NCBI GenBank assembly: GCA_902556905.1
Contig: CACDYK010000004.1
Coordinates: forward strand, 20,066-84,065
Direction: 5' to 3'
Length of the DNA stretch: 64,000 nt
Source: an uncultured Pelagibacteraceae bacterium
GTDB lineage: Bacteria > Pseudomonadota > Alphaproteobacteria > Pelagibacterales > Pelagibacteraceae
Position numbers and translations under genes: made by a program. The stretch's first letter is position 1, and every line of letters begins with the position of its first letter. Under the pieces are notes generated by a model, which was given only the letters and a program-made list of their open reading frames with translations, was not told the origin of the DNA and made no database searches. Positions 30,518-38,614 of this stretch are shown here, piece after piece.

Positions 30518-31459
30518 ATGAAAAAAATACTAAGTTTTATTCTTGGATCTATCGTTGCTCTTAACCTATCTATTTCAGTTGCAAACTCAGCTGCAAAAGA
30601 AGTTAGAGTTGCATTCTTTCTAGAATGGCCAACGCCAAACCAAGAAGATAAAGTTAAAGGCTTATACGAAAAAGCTCTAGGTGTTCCAGTAAAATGGACT
30701 AACTTTTCAAATGGTGGTGCAATGACAGATGCTATGTTAGCAGGAGATATTGATATTTCTTACTCTCAAGGTTTAGTGCCTTTCATTAACGCTGTTAAAT
30801 CAAAAGCTCCTTTAAAACTTGTAGACATTGCTATGGAATACGGAATGGGTGGAACAACATGTGTAACATCTAATGCTTCTGGTATTACTAAAGCAAATGG
30901 TTCTGAGTTAGAAGGTAAAAAAGTTGCTGTTCCACTAGGAACAATGGCTGAATATGTTTTTGACGAAAGTATGAAAGTTATTGGAGCTGACAGATCTAAA
31001 ATGGATGTTATTCAAATGGACCCAGAAGAAGGTGCTGCTGCATTAGTAAGTGGTGACGTTGTTATGGCTTGTCTATTTGGTGGTAACTCTATCAAAGCTG
31101 CAACTGCAGTTGGATCAAGACTTTTAACTGTTCAAGAAGCTAGAGATGCTGGTATCTTAGGTATTGATATTACATCTGTAACTGACAAGTTCATGAAAGA
31201 AAATCCAGGTATGTTAAGAACTTTCATCGAGGTAACTCACGAAGCAAACGCTAGATACGCATCTGGTAAATCAGATATGGGTGTTATAGCTAAAGATGCT
31301 GAAATGAAACTTGCTGATATGAAAGAAACAATCGGTGGATTTAAATTTCTAACACCTGCAGAAACTGAAAAGTCTATGACTTCTGGAAACCTTGCTGGTT
31401 TCTTAAAAGGAATGGATACTCCTAACGGAGCAGTTGATACAAGCTTTTTACCTCTATAA
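30518..31459 (+). CDS. tauA: taurine ABC transporter substrate-binding protein
   Basis: Signal peptide, FLEWPTPN, DISYSQGLVPF, VAVPLGT (marine alphaproteobacterial TauA type). Confidence 0.8.
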   Translation: MKKILSFILGSIVALNLSISVANSAAKEVRVAFFLEWPTPNQEDKVKGLYEKALGVPVKWTNFSNGGAMTDAMLAGDIDISYSQGLVPFINAVKSKAPLKLVDIAMEYGMGGTTCVTSNASGITKANGSELEGKKVAVPLGTMAEYVFDESMKVIGADRSKMDVIQMDPEEGAAALVSGDVVMACLFGGNSIKAATAVGSRLLTVQEARDAGILGIDITSVTDKFMKENPGMLRTFIEVTHEANARYASGKSDMGVIAKDAEMKLADMKETIGGFKFLTPAETEKSMTSGNLAGFLKGMDTPNGAVDTSFLPL

Positions 31460-31482
31460 TTTAAGAGCGTAAAATAAATTTT

Positions 31483-31521
31483 AATAGGCGCCAATTAGAA
31501 ATAGTTGGTGCCTATTTTTTT
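31483..31521 (+). terminator. hairpin plus U-tract after tauA
   Basis: aataggcgccaatta-gaaa-tagttggtgcctatt followed by a T run. Confidence 0.7.
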
Positions 31522-31547
31522 AAAATATTCTAATATAAAGTATTCTT

Positions 31548-32345
31548 ATGTCTGATTTGATTTCACAAAATCTAAACATGATTTTTAAAACTCCTAAAGG
31601 AGAAACAGTTCACGCATTAAAAGATGTAAACTTTACTTTAAAAAAAGGAGAACTTTTAACAGTTCTTGGCCCCTCTGGTTGTGGAAAAACTACTTTACTT
31701 AACATTACAGCAGGATTTTTAAGACCTACATCAGGTCAAATAACATTGGGTGATAATGAAATTAACGGACCTGGTGTCGAAAGAGGAATGGTGTTTCAAC
31801 AAGGAGCTTTATTTGAATGGCTAACAGTTGCTGAAAATGTCAATTTTGGATTAAGAATGAAAAAAGAAGATCCAGTTGAAACTGCAAAAAAAGTTGAAGA
31901 ATGGTTAGAAATTGTTGGTCTTCAAGGATTTGGTAATACGCCTACCTATCAATTATCGGGCGGTATGCAGCAGAGAGTTGCTCTTGCAAGATGCTTAATA
32001 AATGACCCTGATTTAATTTTAATGGATGAGCCTTTAGGAGCTCTAGATGCACTTACTAGAGAAAAAATGCAGTCACTTGTTTTAAAAATTTGGAAGGAAA
32101 CTGGAAAAACAATTATTTTAATTACTCACTCAGTTGAAGAAGCTTTATTGCTTGGTGAAAGACTTTATGTAATGGCACCAAGACCAGGAAGAATACATAA
32201 AGAATATAAACTTCCTTTTGCAGAAATGGGATTAAAAGAAGATTTAAGAGAAATAAAAAAAAATAAAGAATTTTCATCTAAAAGAGAAGAGATTTTAACC
32301 ATGATTTGGAACATGGAAGAAGAAATAATGGGAAAAGATATTTAA
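31548..32345 (+). CDS. tauB: taurine ABC transporter ATPase
   Basis: GPSGCGKTT, LSGGMQQRV, MDEPLGALDALTRE. Confidence 0.85.
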   Translation: MSDLISQNLNMIFKTPKGETVHALKDVNFTLKKGELLTVLGPSGCGKTTLLNITAGFLRPTSGQITLGDNEINGPGVERGMVFQQGALFEWLTVAENVNFGLRMKKEDPVETAKKVEEWLEIVGLQGFGNTPTYQLSGGMQQRVALARCLINDPDLILMDEPLGALDALTREKMQSLVLKIWKETGKTIILITHSVEEALLLGERLYVMAPRPGRIHKEYKLPFAEMGLKEDLREIKKNKEFSSKREEILTMIWNMEEEIMGKDI

Positions 32346-32346
32346 T

Positions 32347-34257
32347 ATGTTTACTCAAATCATCACCTTTTTTATTATAGTCGCTATCATTGGCTGCATT
32401 ATGTATGGCCGAAAGCTTATCAGAACTGAAAAAGTTGATGCAGTTTTTGGAAACCCTGAAAGAGCTAAAGGTGGTACACACTGGATTATTGTTGGAAGTA
32501 GTGTCATTTTATTAACGTGGCTTTATTATTCATGGGATATAGCTAAATCGTTTTATCCTCAATCAGCCAACGAATTATGTCAAGTTGGTAAAGTAAACGA
32601 CTCTTTATTATCATTAAAATATTTATTCCCAATTGAGGAAAGAGAATTCAAAAGTACATCAATTATTAAATCTGAAAATAAAAATATAGTTAAACTTAAA
32701 AATGAAATTCAAGATTCAAAAGAAATTAGCGAACAACATAGATCATTTTTAATTGGATTAATTAATAAAACTAAATCAACTATACCGTTATTAACAAATG
32801 AAAGTTTACTTGAAAATCAAACAAAAATTAAAATTTCAGAGCTTGCTGGTAAAATTGATCAATTATCTAATGAATTTAAAAAGCAAGATTATCCTTATGA
32901 AACTTCAGAACAAAGAAGTAAAAGATTAATCGATGCTCAGGCTGAAGGTGGTTGGGGTGCATCTGGAACTGCTGTAGAAAATACAGTTGAAGTTCCAACA
33001 ATTCCTAAAACTAATAAAGGTTTAAAGTTTGATGCTGCCGCTCAAGAATTAAAAGTAATTAGTGATGAGTTCTTTAAGTTAAGAAATCATAACTTTCAGT
33101 ACAAATCACTAATGAAAGAAATTAAAGATGATGTTAAAGCATTTAGAAAAGCTGCTGATGATAGTGAAGAAGTAGCTTCAACATTGGCTAAAGATGTTCT
33201 TAAAATTGCAAGACGAATTGAATATGCAAGTATTTTTCCACCAAATACTTTGGATGAGATGCAAAAATCTATACTTACATTTGATAAGGTGCAAAAAGAT
33301 GAGCAAGGATCTCTAAGATTTGTTGATATTCTTTTATTTCCAGCAGGAACCATTGTATCAAGTGGCCCAAACTGTTCAGAACAAGGTTCTGGTAGATGGC
33401 TACCTAAACCATCAGATACATTAAGCAAATTTATTCTTCTATCAAAACCAAGTGTTGGATTTAAAAATATTCCATTGCTTTGGTTTGAAATGATGGATGT
33501 AAGTAAAATTTTTGGTTTTATTTTACCTGACTGGATTGCAGATATTATTCCAGGCAAATACCCTGTTCATAATGAATTTGGTGTTGTTGAGCCCAATTTT
33601 AAAAGTAAAGTTTTAAGTGTTGTAACTGGTGAGTTTAGCTTATTTAAAATACCAATCCCCATGGGTCACATCTGGGACTCTTTTTTAAGAGTATTATTAG
33701 GTTTAGTAATTGGAATTATCCTAGGAGTTCCTCTTGGATTATTTATGGGCTTAAATAGATTTGCTAAAGGCTTTTTTGATCCATTAATTGAACTTTATAG
33801 ACCTGTTCCACCGCTTGCATGGGCTCCACTTATTATATCAGTGCTTGGAATTGATAACGTTGGAAAAGTGTTTTTGCTATTTATGGTATCGTTTTCTATC
33901 ATGATTATTTCAGCTAGAGCTGGAGCATCAGGAACTCAATTATCAAAAATTCATGCCTCACACTCATTAGGTGCTTCTAGATGGCAAATACTTAGGTACG
34001 TAATATTTCCTAATTCATTACCTGAAATTCTAACTGGAGTTAGAGTAGCAATTGGTATGTGTTGGGGAACATTGGTTGCAGCCGAGTTTTTAGCAGGAAC
34101 AACTGGTATTGGATTTGTTGAAAACGTTGCTAAAAAATACTTCCAATATGAAGTTATCTGGATCACTATTTTTGTTATGGGAATGTTAGGTTTATTATTT
34201 GATGTAACTTTAAGAAAACTTATAGACAAATATATTCCATGGCGTGGTAAAGGGTAA
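32347..34257 (+). CDS. tauC: taurine ABC permease with a long N-terminal extension
   Basis: C-terminal about 200 aa is TauC/SsuC-like (RPVPPLAWAPL, WGTLVAAE, PWRGKG); about 430 aa N-terminal extension. Confidence 0.8.
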   Translation: MFTQIITFFIIVAIIGCIMYGRKLIRTEKVDAVFGNPERAKGGTHWIIVGSSVILLTWLYYSWDIAKSFYPQSANELCQVGKVNDSLLSLKYLFPIEEREFKSTSIIKSENKNIVKLKNEIQDSKEISEQHRSFLIGLINKTKSTIPLLTNESLLENQTKIKISELAGKIDQLSNEFKKQDYPYETSEQRSKRLIDAQAEGGWGASGTAVENTVEVPTIPKTNKGLKFDAAAQELKVISDEFFKLRNHNFQYKSLMKEIKDDVKAFRKAADDSEEVASTLAKDVLKIARRIEYASIFPPNTLDEMQKSILTFDKVQKDEQGSLRFVDILLFPAGTIVSSGPNCSEQGSGRWLPKPSDTLSKFILLSKPSVGFKNIPLLWFEMMDVSKIFGFILPDWIADIIPGKYPVHNEFGVVEPNFKSKVLSVVTGEFSLFKIPIPMGHIWDSFLRVLLGLVIGIILGVPLGLFMGLNRFAKGFFDPLIELYRPVPPLAWAPLIISVLGIDNVGKVFLLFMVSFSIMIISARAGASGTQLSKIHASHSLGASRWQILRYVIFPNSLPEILTGVRVAIGMCWGTLVAAEFLAGTTGIGFVENVAKKYFQYEVIWITIFVMGMLGLLFDVTLRKLIDKYIPWRGKG

Positions 34258-34259
34258 TC

Positions 34260-35264
34260 ATGAAAACCCCTATTCTTAAAAAACAAATCATAAAAATCTT
34301 TCAAAAATATGGTCTTAGCAAAGATCATGCTTTAATTTCAGCTAATGCATTAATTAATGCAGAATTAGTTGGAGCTTATGGTCATGGTTTATCAAGATTG
34401 AAAATGTATTGTGATCGTATTTCAAAAAAAGTAATTAATCCAAAACCAAAAATTAAAATAAAAAAAATTTCTCAATCTATTTCACACATAGATGCAAATA
34501 ACAGTATTGGTTTTGTTGCAGCAGATCTTGGCATTAAAACAGCAATTAAACATGCTCAAAAAACTGGAATAGGAATGGTTGCTGTAAAGAATAGTGGTCA
34601 TTATGGATTGTCAGGTTATTACGCAGAACAAGCTGTTAAGAAAAATTTAATAGCGATGATTTATACAAATGCACCTCCAGCAGTTGCACCCCATGGCGCT
34701 TTAAAATCTTTGTTTGGAACTAATCCTGTTTGTTTTGGAACCCCTACTGGTTCTAAGATTCCTTTTATATTAGATACATCAATCTCTGTAATAAACAGAG
34801 GTAAAATTAGAGTAGCTGCTAGAAATAATCAAAAAATTCCAGAAGGAGTTGCTTTAGATAAATTAGGCAATCCAACAACTGATGCAAAAAAAGCTTTAGC
34901 AGGTGTTCAGCTTCCAATTGCTGGTTTTAGAGGTTCAGGTCTTGCTTGGATGGTAGATGTTTTAAGTGGAGTTTTAACTGGAGGAAATCATGCAGGAAGA
35001 GTTAAAGATCCTTTTGATGATTTTACTGGTCCACAAAATATAGGACATTTATTTATTACTTTTAAAGCAAATCTATTTCAAAAAAATTATAACCAAAGAA
35101 TTAAAGATAATATTAAAACAATTAAAAAACTTCCTAAGATTAAAGGTGTTAAAGAAATAATGTATCCTGGCCAAAACAAATTTAATCGATATAAACAAAA
35201 TCTTAAAAAAGAAATTTCAATACCTGATATTATTAAAAAAGACTTGGAAACTTTAATAAGTTAA
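34260..35264 (+). CDS. Ldh_2 family oxidoreductase (ComC sulfolactate dehydrogenase / malate DH type 2-like)
   Basis: GHGLSRL..Y, NSGHYG, GTNPV, LDTS, YPG. Confidence 0.8.
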   Translation: MKTPILKKQIIKIFQKYGLSKDHALISANALINAELVGAYGHGLSRLKMYCDRISKKVINPKPKIKIKKISQSISHIDANNSIGFVAADLGIKTAIKHAQKTGIGMVAVKNSGHYGLSGYYAEQAVKKNLIAMIYTNAPPAVAPHGALKSLFGTNPVCFGTPTGSKIPFILDTSISVINRGKIRVAARNNQKIPEGVALDKLGNPTTDAKKALAGVQLPIAGFRGSGLAWMVDVLSGVLTGGNHAGRVKDPFDDFTGPQNIGHLFITFKANLFQKNYNQRIKDNIKTIKKLPKIKGVKEIMYPGQNKFNRYKQNLKKEISIPDIIKKDLETLIS

Positions 35265-35447
35265 AAGCGTCAAAGCACCTAAAGATACACATACTGTAGA
35301 AAAAATAATTGTTCTTTTAACTCTATCTTTTTTCTTTTGCTCTATTAGTCTTTGCTTTAGAACATCCACATTAACTCTTGGTGTCTCAATTGATTGAGAG
35401 GGGGTCCCAACAATGTCAGATGTTCTATTTAAGCTTTCCGTACTCAT
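35253..35447 (-). CDS. small protein with a C-terminal TM anchor
   Basis: 64 aa, VNVDVLKQRL..KKK...IIF then TM helix; divergent from the tandem wHTH gene. Confidence 0.65.
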   Translation of the reverse strand: MSTESLNRTSDIVGTPSQSIETPRVNVDVLKQRLIEQKKKDRVKRTIIFSTVCVSLGALTLLTY

Positions 35448-35491
35448 TCACATAATTAATCATCTAATAGCTTAATAATAAATAGATCTAT

Positions 35492-35538
35492 TGTCCAAAA
35501 TGGGTTGACTATTATTTATGAGCTGTTCATATTGGGTT
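35492..35538 (+). promoter_or_regulatory. sigma70 promoter overlapped by two operator-like repeats
   Basis: TTGACT(35505-35510)-17 bp-CATATT(35528-35533); TGTCCAAAATGGGTT and TGTTCATATTGGGTT overlap the -35 and -10. Confidence 0.65.
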
Positions 35539-35547
35539 TTTTAAATT

Positions 35548-36555
35548 ATGAAAAGTTTGCCCAGTATATCAGATCAAATTGATGAGAAATTAATTAATCA
35601 AATAATTAAAAATAACTTTGCTTTATTAGCTCCCTCTTTTTTTACATTAACCAGCAATTGGTTTATTAGAGCATATGAACATTTCAAAGACATAGATAAG
35701 TTTGTGATAATTATATATTTGATTAATAAAGATCTAATATTCTTTAGAAAGAATGGAGTAAAAATTGACTACGAAACTTTTTACAGAGATAAAAGTATCG
35801 AAATTGATAAAATTAACATTTCAGACATTTCTAAAGATCTAAATATACCTAAAGAAAGCACAAGAAGAAAACTTCTAGATTTAGAAAAAGGTGGTGTAAT
35901 TAAAAAATCTGGAAAAAAAATATTTATTATTAGAGACGCATTCTATGCAGCTAGAGCAACAGATACTCTTAATGAAATTTCAACTATATTACATGAATTT
36001 AATAAAATTTTAAAAAAAGAAAAACTAGTAAATGAAGTTTATTCTGTGAAGGAAATAATTGCATCAATGAAAGAAAATTTTTCTTTCTGTTGGTACCAAT
36101 TTAATAAATTCTGGTTTTCATATATGGGTAGATGGAGAAATGAGCTTAAAGATTTAGAAATTTTGTGTATTGGTATGGTTGTTTTGATTAATGCGGTAAA
36201 AAATAAAGAATTTAATCCAAAAAAAAATCTACACTCATTTCAAAAAGAACTTATGGGATCTGACACAAGAGGGGTAAACGCAATGTCTATTTCTGAAATA
36301 ACTGGTATCCCAAGACCTACTGTTGTTAGAAAATTAAAATATTTGATTGATAAGAAATTTCTTCAGATAGACAAAAAAAACTTAATTACGTTCAATGCTA
36401 AAGAAAGTGCTTTTACTACAACAACTAAAATGGTGGATCAAAATATGCTTGATCTAAGTAATTTTATTTTTAGAGTTTTTAATCAAATAAAGATTATTAA
36501 TGAAAATAAAAAAAAAGATAACAATGAAGACTTTGTGCCTGGCTACTTAAGATAG
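35548..36555 (+). CDS. tandem winged helix-turn-helix DNA-binding protein
   Basis: Two internal repeats ending INISDISKDLNIPKESTRRKL and VNAMSISEITGIPRPTVVRKL. Confidence 0.75.
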   Translation: MKSLPSISDQIDEKLINQIIKNNFALLAPSFFTLTSNWFIRAYEHFKDIDKFVIIIYLINKDLIFFRKNGVKIDYETFYRDKSIEIDKINISDISKDLNIPKESTRRKLLDLEKGGVIKKSGKKIFIIRDAFYAARATDTLNEISTILHEFNKILKKEKLVNEVYSVKEIIASMKENFSFCWYQFNKFWFSYMGRWRNELKDLEILCIGMVVLINAVKNKEFNPKKNLHSFQKELMGSDTRGVNAMSISEITGIPRPTVVRKLKYLIDKKFLQIDKKNLITFNAKESAFTTTTKMVDQNMLDLSNFIFRVFNQIKIINENKKKDNNEDFVPGYLR

Positions 36556-36556
36556 A

Positions 36557-37402
36557 TTAATTAGATTTACGTAAAATATAGATAAAGATAAAACCAGTTA
36601 TATACATGATTAACGCATAAGCAGCAGTTGGTATCATGTAGGCAATATCATCAAAAATTAATGTTGCAACAAAAATTGCCAGTGTTCCATTTTGCAAACC
36701 ACATTCTAATGCAATACATTTTTGTTGAGCTATTCCTGATACAAATTTTTTAGCTACAAAATAAGCTAACGTCATCATTACAATGTTTAAAATTAAAACT
36801 GCTAAACCTGCCTCTGCAAGATAAGTTAAAATATTATCTTTTTCTTCTATCCATATTGCTGCAAAGACAATTACAAATAGCCAACCAGTTATTTTATTAA
36901 TGATATTAATTTTTGATGAAATAAAATTTTCTGCAAAACCTCTAATGGTCATTCCAATAACAACTGGCACTGTAACAACTAATGCCATTTTTAAAGCAAT
37001 TCCAGTCATTGAAATATCAGATGATACAGAAACTCCTAAAATATCTGCAGATGTAATTACTACAAATGGAACAGATACAATACTAATTAAACTAACAACT
37101 GCAGTTAAAGAGATAGATAAAGCAACATCTCCATTAGCAAATTTTGTTAATACATTTGATGTTACGCCTCCTGGTGCGGCCGCTATAATCATTAATCCAA
37201 CAGCTAATGCTTCTGGTAAATTTAATATTAAAGCTATTCCTAAAGCAACAATAGGTAAAATTACTAATTGTGAAAAAAATCCAACAAAAAAATCTTTAGG
37301 AACTCTTAATATTCTTGTGAAATCTTTAATTGAAAGGCCTAGACCTAGCCCTAGCATAATCAATGCCAAACAAATTGGTGCAATTTTAGTTACTATTTCC
37401 AT
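36557..37402 (-). CDS. bile acid:sodium symporter (BASS) family transporter
   Basis: MLGLGLGL, AAPGGVTSN, GDVALS, ECGLQNGTLA. Confidence 0.9.
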   Translation of the reverse strand: MEIVTKIAPICLALIMLGLGLGLSIKDFTRILRVPKDFFVGFFSQLVILPIVALGIALILNLPEALAVGLMIIAAAPGGVTSNVLTKFANGDVALSISLTAVVSLISIVSVPFVVITSADILGVSVSSDISMTGIALKMALVVTVPVVIGMTIRGFAENFISSKINIINKITGWLFVIVFAAIWIEEKDNILTYLAEAGLAVLILNIVMMTLAYFVAKKFVSGIAQQKCIALECGLQNGTLAIFVATLIFDDIAYMIPTAAYALIMYITGFIFIYILRKSN

Positions 37403-37564
37403 AGAGTATTTCGCTATCTATATTTAATTATATTATTTACAGCAAAAATATCAAACTGAATTAAACCTATGATTGTAACTGTTTTATAAGTATTAAAAAA
37501 CTAGTGACAAATATTACTAATTCATAATAACATTTAAAAATAATAACTAGAGAGAGAGGACATA

Positions 37565-38602
37565 ATGAAAAATATAATGAAACTCGCTTCAATTGCTTTA
37601 GTTCTTTTATTTACATTGTTCGGATTAACAAACAAGGCTTCTGCTGCAAAGCTTACTTTGTACTGTAGTGTTGAAATTGATGTTTGTGAAATGCTTGAAC
37701 AAGCTTATGAAAAAGAAACTGGAACAAAAGTTGCAATGACAAGAGCAAGTAGTGGTGAAACATTTGCTAAAATAAAAGCTGAATCATCAAATCCAAAAGG
37801 AGATGTTTGGTTTGGTGGAACAGGTGATCCACACCTTACAGCTGCTCAAGAAAATCTGACTGCGGAATATAAATCATCACATTTTAATGATTTATTGCCA
37901 GCAGCTCAAAATCAAGCAGTAAATGCAAACTATAAATCTGTAGGTATTTATGTTGGTGCATTAGGTTTTGGATACAATAAAGAGCTTTTAGCAAAAAAAG
38001 GTTTACCAGCTCCTAAATCATGGATGGATTTAACTAAACCTATTTATAAAGGTGAAATCCAAATAGCTAATCCAAATTCATCTGGAACTGCTTACACAAC
38101 TTTAGCAACAATTATTCAGATTTTTGGTGAAGATAAAGGTTGGGATTATATGAAAGCACTTCATTTGAATGTGAATACATATACTAAATCTGGTTCTGCT
38201 CCAATTAAAGCAACTGGAAGAGGTGAAAACTTAATAGGTATCTGTTTCCAACACGATGGTGTGAAACAAACTAAAAAAGGTTTACCTGTTGTAACTGTTT
38301 CTCCTGCTGAAGGAACTGGTTACGAAGTTGGATCTATGAGTATTATTGCAGGTGCAAGAAATATGAAGGAAGCTAAAAAGTTTTATGACTGGGCTTTAAG
38401 TCCTGCCATTCAAACTATGGTTTTCACTTCAGGAAAATCTTTGCAGGTGCCATCTAATACAAAAGCACAAGCTGATCCTGATGCTCCAGATTTATCTACT
38501 ATAAACTTGATTGATTATAACTTTAAAGTTTATGGAGATAAGAGTACTAGAGCAGGACTGTTATCTAAGTGGGATAACGACGTATCTGTAATTCCTAGAT
38601 AA
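37565..38602 (+). CDS. ABC substrate-binding protein, AfuA/FbpA-like family
   Basis: Signal peptide, YCS, WFGGTGDPH, NPNSSGTAYT, TKSGSAP, GTGYEVG. Confidence 0.85.
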   Translation: MKNIMKLASIALVLLFTLFGLTNKASAAKLTLYCSVEIDVCEMLEQAYEKETGTKVAMTRASSGETFAKIKAESSNPKGDVWFGGTGDPHLTAAQENLTAEYKSSHFNDLLPAAQNQAVNANYKSVGIYVGALGFGYNKELLAKKGLPAPKSWMDLTKPIYKGEIQIANPNSSGTAYTTLATIIQIFGEDKGWDYMKALHLNVNTYTKSGSAPIKATGRGENLIGICFQHDGVKQTKKGLPVVTVSPAEGTGYEVGSMSIIAGARNMKEAKKFYDWALSPAIQTMVFTSGKSLQVPSNTKAQADPDAPDLSTINLIDYNFKVYGDKSTRAGLLSKWDNDVSVIPR

Positions 38603-38614
38603 TATCAGGAATTA

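Noticed and set aside
37465-37530. Pho-box-like sequence upstream of the AfuA-like gene
   Set aside because: Only one plausible half-site (TTGTAAC); the 11-bp repeat is too degenerate in AT-rich DNA
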